Positions 23,986 through 35,528 of a stretch of DNA of 64,000 bases are shown one piece after another. Source of the DNA: Dictyostelium discoideum (Eukaryota); assembly GCA_000004695.1 (NCBI GenBank), contig CM000153.2:4160001-4224000 (forward strand). The letters run 5' to 3'. A program made the position numbers and the translations under genes. Numbering within the stretch: position 1 is the stretch's first letter; each line of letters opens with the position of its first letter. Under the pieces are notes generated by a model. The model was not told the origin of the DNA. It saw only the letters and a list, made by a program, of their open reading frames with translations, and did not search any database.

Positions 23986-25732
23986 CGAGTTTTCAAATGG
24001 GAAAATCAATTATTTAAATTGGACAAAATTACCAACCGAAGTGGGATATTTAACAATGGAAAATAATGGTATGACAGGTACGATACCAACAAAGTATCCA
24101 GATTATTTATCCTACCTTTATGTAAAGGGGAATAAGTTGACAGGAGAAATTGATGAAAGTTGGTATGGTAAATTATTTGATATTAGTGATAACTATATTA
24201 GTGGTGAGCTTCCATCATGTTTTAAATGTCATTATTTACAACCATCAATTAGCTCAACACTATCTGGTAATAGATTTAAAAATTTCGATCCAAATAATTT
24301 AGAACCATGTTTAGATCTAGAATTAAATTTAGAATATAATCATTCTTTCAACAGATCATTAACATTATATGGTAAAAATCTTGGTCTATTTTTTAATTCA
24401 TTTAGTATTAGCAGTGTTAATAATGCTTTACAACCTTTGCCTATTGATATATGCAAAGAATATAAGATTAGAATGCGACCTACAGAACCAGGTGATGCAC
24501 CAAAAGCAATTAATTTAACTTTTCCTTTTTTACCACAGGGTTCAAAAACATTTCAAATCTCTGCATATAATGAATTTTTACCACAAATCGATAGTATAGT
24601 TAGATATTCAGATTATTTTATTATCAGTGGTAAATACTTTGCATACAATCAGAGTGTAACTACTGTTTTAATTTCAAATCATTCATGTTCAATTATAACA
24701 AGTAATTTCAATGAAATTCAATGTTATCTTTCAAATTCAAATCAAATCATTAATAATGAAGAATTAATTACAAGTATTATTCAAGTTATGAATGTTTCAA
24801 GTAAATTTAATTTCAGAGTGAATCAAGCATGTAATGGTAATAATTGTCCAATTGCAGATTGTAATAAATATGGTGAATATAATTATGAAAGTGGTGTTTG
24901 TGATTGTTATTCAAATGAATGGAGAGGCTATTCATGTCAATTAAAATCATTAAATTGTTTAAGTAATGATTGTAGCGGTAATGGTTATTGTAATAATATC
25001 ATTGGTAAATGTGAATGTAATACAAATAGAGTATTCGATGATTGTAGTGGTATATTATGTAATAATGGTCATGGTTGTTTTAATGGAGGTAATTGTAATT
25101 TTCAAAATGGAGTTTGCAATTGTTCATCCAAATGGATTGAAAGTTCAGGATGTGCAACACCCAAACAATCAATTGATTCACAACAATTAGTACAAACAAA
25201 AAACGATCAAATATTAACATTAATTGGTTGGTTTGGTAATATTAATATATTTTTAACAGTATTAATCGATGGTAAAATTTGTGATATCATTTCAAATAAT
25301 AATGAAACCATTCAATGTATTCCACCAAATTATCATTGTGATTCCATAAAGACCTCATCATTAGAATTATCAGTTTCTCAAAATAATTACATATGGAATG
25401 GAACTTATAATCCAATATTTATTAATGGCTGTAGTAATAGTAATGAAGGCAGTAGTGGTATCAATAACAGTTATAGTAGTAATAGTAATGAAAACAATCA
25501 AAAAGAAAATTCATCATTATCACCCAAAAATCAAATTCTAGTAATAATCATATCAATTATATTATCTTTAATTTTATTAGGTTTATTAGGTTTAATTTCC
25601 TTTAAAAAATTAATCAAAAAAAATAATTATTTGCATTTAAATAATATTGAAAATAAAATAAGGCCGAATAAAGATGATAGTGGTCAACCAGATGAATTTT
25701 CAAAGAATAAAATTAAACTAATTAACCTTTAG
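23986..25732 (+). CDS. Unit 2 exon 7: LRR, EGF-like repeats, TM and tail. The spliced protein is about 898 aa.
   Basis: ORF 24041..25732 extended to the acceptor aattag at 23983-23985. All seven exon phases are consistent. Confidence 0.7.
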
Positions 25733-26250
25733 AGGTAAAATCCCAAAAAAACAGAAAAAAAAAAAATAAAAAAAATAAAAAAAATAAAAAAAAAAAAAAA
25801 AAAATTTGAAATTATCTATATCTGTGGGTCTTGATAATATCCATTATTTTATTCACAATAATCATTTTTTTTTTTTTTTTTTAATTTTGGGTTTTTTTTT
25901 AATTTATTTTTAGATTTTTTTTTTTTTTTTTTGGCTTTTTTTTTTTAATGGGCTCAAAAAAAAAAAAAAAAATTAAAATAAAATAAAATAAAACCCAAAA
26001 ATAAACTTTTTTAAATAAACAAATAAATAGGACACATAATCAAACTCCAAAATTTTTATTTTTAATTTTTTTTTGTTTAAGCATATTTTATTATTAGGAG
26101 CCGCATAAAAATAAAAAAAATAAAAGTAAAAAAAAAAGAGGCGACAAACCCACCAGCGCCCATAAAATTACTTTTCACCACTTTAATGTGAAGTGAACAA
26201 AAAAAAAAAATTGTTTTGTTTTTTTTTTTTTTAAACTCAAAATCTTTGTG

Positions 26251-26332
26251 ATGAAAAGAAGAGGGTTTATTCTATTTTTCTTTTTATTCATATTTTTTGA
26301 ATTAAACCAAACAACTATTGTTGGATCAGAAT
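26251..26332 (+). CDS. Unit 3 exon 1 (signal peptide MKRRGFILFFFLFIFFELNQTTIVGSEC).
   Basis: Colinear with the other units. GTAACT donor. Confidence 0.45.
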
Positions 26333-26395
26333 GTAACTATATTAAATTTATTTATTTATTATTAAAATTCTAATTATTATTTTTTTTTTTATTAG

Positions 26396-26621
26396 ATAAA
26401 TGTTTATATAATTTATTAAGTAAAATATTAAACGTATCAAAAAACTTTTATAAAGAATCTAAAAATAGATATGCACTTTGTCAGACTGTTGATAAATCCG
26501 ATTTTATTTGGGCATATTGTAATGAAGAAGGTTTAGTTAATGATATTGTGTTGCGTGGTGATAATAAAAGTACAATATTTTCAAACAATGATTTTAATTG
26601 TTTTTCTTCTTTGCGAAGTAT
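26396..26621 (+). CDS. Unit 3 exon 2 (one codon longer than in the other units).
   Basis: Acceptor attag, GTAAGT donor. Confidence 0.45.
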
Positions 26622-26723
26622 GTAAGTAATAAAAAATAAAATTAATTATAGTTTATTATAATTTATTATTATTATAATTTTAATACTTAATTATATCATT
26701 TTATTTATATTTTTCAAATAAAG

Positions 26724-27074
26724 AGACATATTTTTTAATTATAAATTTAAAAGAAATTTTTTACTTGGATTTTCAAATAATATAGTTAATTTCAAATCAC
26801 GTTCTTCAGACGAATCATTAATTGATATGGATGTCAATATTAACAAAACAATAGCAATTCAAATTTTAAATATTAATCAATTAATAATTAAAAGAGATTT
26901 TAATGTTTATTTTTCAAAATTTGTTAATGTCCGAAATTTTGAAATTTACACACTACGATCAAAACATCAAATTAATTATATAAATGATTTGGTTAATTTA
27001 GGATGTAATTTTGATATAGTTTCGTTTTCTTCGAATAATATACCATCAATGAAAAATATACAATCAAATACATT
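26724..27074 (+). CDS. Unit 3 exon 3 (includes ORF 26827..27078).
   Basis: 351 nt, the same length as in unit 2. Confidence 0.45.
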
Positions 27075-27142
27075 GTAAGTTTTTATTTTATTTTATTTTA
27101 TATTAAATAATATTAAATTAATAACCTAAATTTATTAAATAG

Positions 27143-27283
27143 AAATATAAATTTAAATTCAAATTTTAATATTGATTCATTTTCCAACTTTTCAACATAC
27201 ACAAAAATAGGTGCTATAGAATTAACTCCATCAAATCCATCAATGATTTTCCCATTCCCACCCCCATCTTGTGTTAATGTTTT
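27143..27283 (+). CDS. Unit 3 exon 4.
   Basis: 141 nt. Followed by a long intronic (TTA)n tract. Confidence 0.4.
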
Positions 27284-27300
27284 GTATTTATTATTTATTA

Positions 27301-27361
<61 letters not shown>

Positions 27362-27451
27362 CATTATTATTATTATCATTATTATTATCATTGTTTTTTA
27401 TTATTTATTATTGACTATTGATTTATTTTTAACTATTGTTATTATATAAAG

Positions 27452-27523
27452 AAAAATAAATTATCAAATAGATAAACCATTGGATTTTATTGATTTATCT
27501 AAATTTGAAAATCTGTATGATTT
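27452..27523 (+). CDS. Unit 3 exon 5 (weak GTGGGT donor).
   Basis: 72 nt. The donor is non-consensus. Confidence 0.35.
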
Positions 27524-27605
27524 GTGGGTATTTTTTATTTTTAAATAATTTTTGTTTTCTAAACTTTTCACTAATTTTATTTTTATAATTTTTAATTATT
27601 AAAAG

Positions 27606-27689
27606 AAAAATACCAAATGTTGGAGTTTTATTTAATGTAGATGGTGAATTACCATTCATTAATATGCATGTTATGGATACTAGTATTTT
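27606..27689 (+). CDS. Unit 3 exon 6.
   Basis: ...FINMHVMDTSIL, GTAAGT donor. Confidence 0.4.
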
Positions 27690-27720
27690 GTAAGTTTTTT
27701 TTTATTATTTATATTCTTGT

Positions 27721-29097
27721 TTTCATTGTAATTATGGTACGATACCAACAAAGTTTCCAGATAAATTATCAATTCTTTATTTAAATGGTAATAAGTTGAT
27801 AGGAGAATTCAATGGAAATTGGTATGGTGAAGATTTTGATATTAGCGATAACTATATTGATATTTATCTTCCATCATGTTTTAAATGTCACTATTTACAA
27901 CCATCAATTAGCAGACCAATATCTGGTAATAGATTTAAAAATTTCGACCCAAATAACTTAGAACCATGTTTAAGCATAGATTTAAATCTTTCATATAATA
28001 ACTCCACTGATCAATTACTATTGTATGGTAGTGATCTTGGATTTCCAACATCAATCATGATATTAGATAACCCAATTTTAGTATTTGATTATGGTGAAAA
28101 ATGTAAGGAAATTAGAATTTTAAAGCCTAGATGGAAGATAGGAGAAGTACCAAAAGCAATTAATGTTACATTTCCTTTTTTACCACAAGGTCCAAGAACA
28201 TTTGAAATCTCTGCATATAATGAATTTTTACCACAAATCGATAGTATAGTTAGATATTCAGATTATTTTATTATCAGTGGTAAATACTTTGCATACAATC
28301 AGAGTGTAACTACTGTTTTAATTTCAAATCATTCATGTTCAATTATAACAAGTAATTTCAATGAAATTCAATGTTATCTTTCAAATTCAAATCAAATCAT
28401 TAATAATGAAGAATTAATTACAAGTATTATTCAAGTTATGAATGTTTCAAGTAAATTTAATTTCAGAGTGAATCAAGCATGTAATGGTAATAATTGTCCA
28501 ATTGCAGATTGTAATAAATATGGTGAATATAATTATGAAAGTGGTGTTTGTGATTGTTATTCAAATGAATGGAGAGGCTATTCATGTCAATTAAAATCAT
28601 TAAATTGTTTAAGTAATGATTGTAGCGGTAATGGTTATTGTAATAGTATTATTGGTAAATGTCAATGTAATACAAATAAAATATTCGATGATTGTAGTGG
28701 TATATTATGTAATAATGGTAATGGTTGTTATAATGGTGGTAATTGTAATTTTCAAAATGGAATTTGTAATTGTTCATCCGAATGGATCGAAAGTTCAGGA
28801 TGTGCAACACCCAAACAATCAATTGATTCACAACAATTAGAACAAACAAAAAATGATCAAATACTAACATTAATTGGTTGGTTTGGTAATATTAATATAT
28901 TTTTAACAATACTAATCGATGGTAAAATTTGTGATATCACTTCAAATAATAATGAAACCATTCAATGTATTCCACCAAATTATCCGTGTGATTTCATAAA
29001 AAACTCATCATTAAAATTATCAGTTTCTCAAAATAATTACATATGGGATGGGATTTATAATCCAATATTTATCAATGGTTGTAGTAGTAGTGAAGAC

Positions 29098-29191
<94 letters not shown>

Positions 29192-29457
29192 ATAGTAATA
29201 GTAGTAGTAATAGTGGTAGTAATGAAAACAAAAAAGAAAAAGAAAATTCATCATCTAAAAAATTAATTATAATAAGTTTATCAATTTTATTTTCTTTAAT
29301 TTTATTAGGTTTATTAGGTTTTGGTTTCTATAAAAAAACAATTAAAAATAATTATTTAAATTTAAATTATATAAAAATTAAAATAAACTCGAATGAATAT
29401 GATGATGACCAACGAGATAATTTTTCAAAAAATAATATAAATTTAGTTAACCTTTAA
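27721..29457 (+). pseudogene. Unit 3 terminal exon. It has lost its acceptor and first 30-35 codons through a deletion, so the gene is probably a pseudogene or truncated. The rest is intact: LRR, EGF repeats, a 40-residue poly-Ser stalk encoded by (AGT)n, TM and tail.
   Basis: Compared with units 1, 2, 4 and 5, about 100 nt around the acceptor are missing. The intron runs straight into ...GTIPTKFPDKLSILYLNGNKL.... No AG in the required phase exists between 27690 and 27800. The track start at 27796 is a TTG, not an ATG. Confidence 0.5.
29096..29225 (+). repeat. (AGT)n coding microsatellite that gives a stalk of about 40 Ser in tandem-gene unit 3.
   Basis: Perfect AGT repeats. Absent or short in the other units. 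Confidence 0.85.
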
Positions 29458-29883
29458 AGTAAAAAAAAAATAAAAAATAAAAATAAAAAAAGAATAAAAT
29501 TCTTTTTTTTGTGGGTTTGAATCTATATCTGCCTTATATCTATGGGTCTTTGATAATATCTCTTTTTTTTTTTTTTTTTAATTATCTAACTAAATGCATA
29601 GACAACCTTCAAAACACAACCACTTAAATGTGGTTTTTGTTTTTTTTCGAAATTGTGGAGATATTTTTTTTTACGAAAAAAAAAAAGAAAAAAAGAAAAA
29701 AAAAAAAAAAAATTTTTTAATATGACAATCACTCCTAAGGTTTCCATTAAAAAAGGACTTTTTTTTTTTTTTTGTTTCCAATCACATATAGTTTATTATA
29801 AACAGTGTTTTATTTTTATCTTTTATCTTCCCAACGCAAAACAATTTTTTTTTTTTTTTTTTTAAAAACTCAAAATCTTTATA

Positions 29884-29965
29884 ATGAAAAGAAGAGGTTT
29901 TATACTGTTTTTCTTTTTATTCATATTTTTAAAGTTAAACCAAACAACTATGGTTGAATCAGAAT
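29884..29965 (+). CDS. Unit 4 exon 1 (signal peptide).
   Basis: ORF 29884..30267 start. GT donor in phase 1. Confidence 0.5.
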
Positions 29966-30040
29966 GTAATATTTTAAATTTATTTATTTATTATTTTATT
30001 ATTAAAATTCTAATTATTATTTTTTTTTTTTTTTTATTAG

Positions 30041-30263
30041 ATAAATGTTTATATAATTTATTAAGTAAAATATTAAACGTATCAAAAAACTTTTATAAAG
30101 AATCTAAAAATAGATATGCACTTTGTCAGACTGAAGATAAATTCAATTCTAAATGGGCAGAGTGTTCTAATGGTTTGGTTGGATTTATTTATTTGGGTGG
30201 TAATAATAAAAGTACAATATTTTCAAACAATGATTTTAATTGTTTTTCTTCTTTGCATTTTAT
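30041..30263 (+). CDS. Unit 4 exon 2.
   Basis: 223 nt. GTAAGT donor. Confidence 0.5.
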
Positions 30264-30355
30264 GTAAGTAATAATAATAATAATAAAAATAAAAATAATT
30301 ATAAAAATAATTTTAATACTTAATAAATATCATTTTATTAATATTTTTCAAAAAG

Positions 30356-30703
30356 AGAAATATTTTTTAATTATAAATTTGAAAGAAATTTTTTATTTGG
30401 ACTCCCAAATAATTTAGTTAGTTTAAAATCACATTCTTCAGATGGATCATTAATTGATATGGATGTCAATGCTAACAAAACAATATCATTTAATTTTTTA
30501 TATATTTATCAATTAACAATTAAAAGAGATTTTAATATTTATTTTTCAAATTTTGTTAATATTGTAGATTTTGAAATTGAAACCCTCGAATCAAACTATC
30601 AAATTAATTATATAAATGATTTGGTAAAGTTTAAAATTTTTAATCATGTTTCATTTTCTTCAAATAATATACCATCAATGAATTATATACAAACATATAT
30701 GTT
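30356..30703 (+). CDS. Unit 4 exon 3 (includes ORF 30459..30707).
   Basis: The frame is continuous from the acceptor. GTAAGT donor. Confidence 0.5.
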
Positions 30704-30717
30704 GTAAGTTTTTAATA

Positions 30718-30749
<32 letters not shown>

Positions 30750-30790
30750 TTAAATAATACTAAATTAATAATCTAAATTTTATTAAATAG

Positions 30791-30931
30791 AAATATAAAT
30801 TTAAATTCAAATTTTAATATGGAATCATTTTCCAACTTTTCAACATACACAAAAATAGGTACTATAGAATTAACTCCATCAGATCCATCAATGATTTTCC
30901 CATTTCCATTCCTTCCTTCTATTCAATCATT
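30791..30931 (+). CDS. Unit 4 exon 4.
   Basis: 141 nt. Followed by intronic (TTA)n. Confidence 0.45.
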
Positions 30932-30938
30932 GTATTTA

Positions 30939-31030
<92 letters not shown>

Positions 31031-31073
31031 GACTTTTGATTTATTTTATTATTATAATTATTATAATATAAAG

Positions 31074-31145
31074 AACAATAAATTATCAAATAGATAAACC
31101 ATCGGATTTTATTGATTTATCTAAATTTGAAATTTTAACGACTTT
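31074..31145 (+). CDS. Unit 4 exon 5.
   Basis: 72 nt. GTAGGT donor. Confidence 0.45.
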
Positions 31146-31227
31146 GTAGGTATTTATTATATTTAAAATGTTACTTTTCTAAACTTTTCTCTAACTTTTT
31201 TTAATAATTATTAATATAATTTAAAAG

Positions 31228-31305
31228 AAAATTGACAAATGTTGGAGTTTTATTTAATATAGATGGTGAATTACCATTCATTAATACGCAGAATATTTAT
31301 AATTT
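31228..31305 (+). CDS. Unit 4 exon 6.
   Basis: 78 nt. GTAAG donor. Confidence 0.45.
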
Positions 31306-31386
31306 GTAAGTTTTTTTTATTTATTTATATTTTAGTTTTCATTGTAATTAAAGTATTAATTTTATCTACATCCTTTTTTCAATTAG

Positions 31387-33172
31387 AGAGTTTTCAAATG
31401 GGAAAATCAATTATTTAAATTATACAAATTTACCACCCAATTTACGTTATTTAACAATGGAAAATGATGGTATGACAGGTACGATACCAACAAAGTATCC
31501 AGATAATTTTTTAACCCTTTTTTTAATGGGTAATAAGTTGACAGGAGAACTCGATGAAAGTTGGTTTGATAAAATCTATGATTTTGATATTAGCGATAAC
31601 TATATTGATATTTATCTTCCATCATGTTTTAAATGTCATTATTTACAACCATCAATTAGCAGACCAATATCTGGCAATAGATTTAAAAATTTCGACCCAA
31701 ATAATTTAGAACCATGTTTAAGCATAGAATTAAATCTTTCATATAATAATTCCACTGATGAATTACTATTGTATGGTAGTGATCTTGGAGATTCAATGTC
31801 AATGAAGATATTAGATAACCCAATTTTAGTAATTGTTTATGGTGAACTATGTAAAGAATATAGAATTTTTAAACTTGCATGGAAGATAGGAGAAGTACCA
31901 AAAGCAATTAATTTAACATTTCCTTTTTTACCACAAGGTCAAAGAACGTTTGAAATCTCTGCATATAATGAATTTTTACCACAAATCGATAGTATAATTA
32001 GATATTCAGATTATTTTATTATCAGTGGTAAATACTTTGCATACAATCAGAGTGTAACTACTGTTTTAATTTCAAATCATTCATGTTCAATTATAACAAG
32101 TAATTTCAATGAAATTCAATGTTATCTTTCAAATTCAAATCAAATCATTAATAATGAAGAATTAATTACAAGTATTATTCAAGTTATGAATGTTTCAAGT
32201 ACATTTAATTTCAGAGTGAATCAAGCATGTAATGGTAATAATTGTCCAATTGCAGATTGTAATAAATATGGTGAATATAATTATGAAAGTGGTGTTTGTG
32301 ATTGTTATTCAAATGAATGGAGAGGCTATTCATGTCAATTAAAATCATTAAATTGTTTAAGTAATGATTGTAGCGGTAATGGTTATTGTAATAATATCAT
32401 TGGTAAATGTGAATGTAATACAAATAGAGTATTCGATGATTGTAGTGGTATATTATGTAATAATGGTCATGGTTGTTTTAATGGAGGTAATTGTAATTTT
32501 CAAAATGGAGTTTGCAATTGTTCATCCAAATGGATTGAAAGTTCAGGATGTGCAACACCCAAACAATCAATTGATTCACAACAATTAGTGCAAATAAAAA
32601 ATGATCGAAATTTGACATTATTTGGTTGGTTTGGCAATATTAATATATTTTTAACAGTATTAATCGATGGTAAAATTTGTGATATCATTTCAAATAATAA
32701 TGAAACCATTCAATGTATTCCACCATATTATTCGTGTGATTCCATAAAGACCTCATCATTAAAATTATCAGTTTCTCAAAATAATTACATATGGGATGGA
32801 ATTTATAACCCAATATTTATTAATGGTTGTAGTAATAGTAATGAAGGAAGTAGTAATAGTATTAGTTGTAGTAATAGTAATGAAGGCAGTATCAGTAATA
32901 GTATTAATTGTAGTAATAGTGGTAGTAATGAAAACAAAAAAGAAAAAGAAAATTCATCCTCATCATCATCAAAAAAATTAATTATAATAAGTTTATCAAT
33001 TTTATTTTCTTTAATTTTATTATGTTTATTAGGTTTTGGTTTCTTTAAAAATAATTATTTAAATTATATAAAAATTAAAATAAACTCGAATGAATATGAT
33101 GATGATGATGATGACCAACCAGATAATTTTTCAAAAAATAATATAAATTTAGTTAACCTCCAAAGCAAATAA
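31387..33172 (+). CDS. Unit 4 exon 7 (LRR, EGF-like repeats, TM, acidic tail).
   Basis: ORF 31457..33172 extended to the acceptor aattag at 31384-31386. Confidence 0.7.
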
Positions 33173-33292
33173 AAAAAAAAAAAAAAAAAAAAAAAAGAAT
33201 AAAAAAGAGGTGTTTCAAAATAAATTTTTTTTTTTTTGTGTTTGAATCTATATCTGCCCTATATCTATGGCCTTAGATAATATCTATACATA

Positions 33293-33332
<40 letters not shown>

Positions 33333-33632
33333 TTGGTGCACAAATTGGGTTGTATTTAAGTTTTATTTAATTGCCAATTCTACAAAAAAAAAAGTTTATA
33401 AATAAATTTCTGGATAGTATTGTGTATCATTGCCCATGTGGGTTTGATATTTAAAAAAAAAAATTAAAAAAAAAAAAAAATGGGTTCTTTTATTTATAAT
33501 AAACTACAAAAAAAAAAAAAAAAAAAAAAAAATTAAAAAAAAACTTTTTGATTTCTTTTTTTAAAAAAAAAAAGCCTTTTAAAAACAAAACAAAAATTTT
33601 TTTTTTTTTTTTTTGAACTCAAAATCTTTGTA

Positions 33633-33714
33633 ATGAAAAGAAGGGAGTTCTTATTATTTTTCTTTTTATTCATATTTTTAAAGTTAAACCAAACAACTAT
33701 TGTTGAATCAGAAT
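33633..33714 (+). CDS. Unit 5 exon 1 (signal peptide).
   Basis: MKRREFLLFFFLFIFLKLNQTTIVESEC, GT donor. Confidence 0.5.
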
Positions 33715-33794
33715 GTAAATATATTAAATTTATTTATTTATTATTTTATATTATTAAAATTCTAATTATTATTTTTTTTTAATATTATTATTAG

Positions 33795-34017
33795 ATAAAT
33801 GTTTATATAATTTATTAAGTAAAATATTAAACGTATCAAAAAACTTTTATAAAGAATCTGATGATAGATATGCACTTTGTAATACTGTTGATAAATCCTA
33901 TTTTCTTTGGGCACAATGTTCTGAAGGTTTAGTTGATGATATTGTGTTGCATGGTGATAATGAAAGTACAATATTTTCAAACAATGATTTTAATTGTTTT
34001 TCTTCTTTGCGAAGTAT
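33795..34017 (+). CDS. Unit 5 exon 2.
   Basis: 223 nt. GTAAGT donor. The next intron contains a long (AAT)n tract. Confidence 0.5.
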
Positions 34018-34026
34018 GTAAGTAAT

Positions 34027-34130
<104 letters not shown>

Positions 34131-34186
34131 TAATTTTAATACTTAATAATATCATTTTAATAATATCTTTTATTATTTAAATAAAG

Positions 34187-34537
34187 AGACATATTTTTTA
34201 ATTATAAATTTGAAAGAAATTTTTTAATTGGGTTTTCAAATAATTTAGATAGTTTAAATTCACGTTCTTCAGACGAATCATTAATTGATATGGATGTCAA
34301 TATTAACAAAACAATAGCAATTAGATTTTTAAGAATTTATCAATTAACAATTAAAAGTGACTTTAATATTTATTTTTCAAAATTTGTTAATGTCAGAATT
34401 TTTGAAATTTACACACTCCAATCAAACTATCAAATTAATTATTTTAATGATTTGGTTAACTTAGAATGTAATTTTTATATGGTTTCATTTTCTTTAAATA
34501 ATATACCATCAATGAATAATATACAATCAAATAATTT
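34187..34537 (+). CDS. Unit 5 exon 3 (includes ORF 34290..34541).
   Basis: 351 nt. GTAAGT donor. Confidence 0.5.
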
Positions 34538-34651
34538 GTAAGTTTTTATTTCTATTTTTTTTTTTTTTTTTTTTTTTATTTTTTTTTTTTTTTTATTTTT
34601 TTTTTTAAATATCAAATAATACTAAATTAATAACCTAAATTTATTAAATAG

Positions 34652-34792
34652 AAATATAAAGTTAAATTCAAATTTTAATATTGAATCATTTTCCAACTTA
34701 TCAACATACACAAAAATAGGTACTATAGAATTAACTCCAACAGATCCATCAATGATTTTCCCATTTCCATTCCTTCCTTCTGTTAAATCATT
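34652..34792 (+). CDS. Unit 5 exon 4.
   Basis: 141 nt. The following intron carries (TTA)n plus a unit-specific insertion of about 230 bp. Confidence 0.45.
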
Positions 34793-34793
34793 G

Positions 34794-34893
<100 letters not shown>

Positions 34894-35195
34894 TGTTGGT
34901 ATTGTTGATACCACCACCACTATTATTCAATTTTTGTTGTTGACAATGACTACATAAATTCCTATTGGTTAATAATAATTGATAAACATTTTCAATAGAT
35001 CTTGTAATTTCTTTTATTGATAATTTAATCTCTTTAATTTCTTTATTTTGAATTTCTAATTTTTCTGATAAATTTTCATTATCTTTATCTTTTTTATGTG
35101 TCATTTTTTTTTTTTTTTTATTTTGTTATTATTATTATTATTTTGTTATTTTTATTGACTATTGATTTATTTTTAACTATTATTATAATATAAAG

Positions 35196-35267
35196 AACAA
35201 TAAATTATCAAATAGATAAACCATTGGATTTTATTGATTTATCTAAATTTGATAATCTATTGTTGTT
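35196..35267 (+). CDS. Unit 5 exon 5.
   Basis: 72 nt. GTAGGT donor. Confidence 0.45.
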
Positions 35268-35354
35268 GTAGGTATTTTATTTTTAAATATTTTTCTTTTC
35301 TAAACTTTTCTAAACTTTTAACTTACTTTTTTTATAATTTATAATTATTAAAAG

Positions 35355-35441
35355 AAAAATACCAAATGTTGGAGTTTTATTTAATATAGATGGTGAATTA
35401 CCATTCATTAATATGCAAAATATGGAAAATATTTATAATTT
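35355..35441 (+). CDS. Unit 5 exon 6.
   Basis: 87 nt. GTAAGT donor. Confidence 0.45.
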
Positions 35442-35528
35442 GTAAGTTTTTTTATTTATTTATATCCTCGTTTTCATTGTAATTAAGGTATTAATTTTTA
35501 AATTATTTTACATCTTTTTTTCAATTAG

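Noticed and set aside
27796-27798. The M start codons reported by the ORF track at 27796, 63312 and elsewhere.
   Set aside because: The underlying codons are TTG, so the track uses an alternative-start table. In this eukaryote they are not initiation sites. The true 5' ends were derived from splice and phase analysis or from upstream ATGs.
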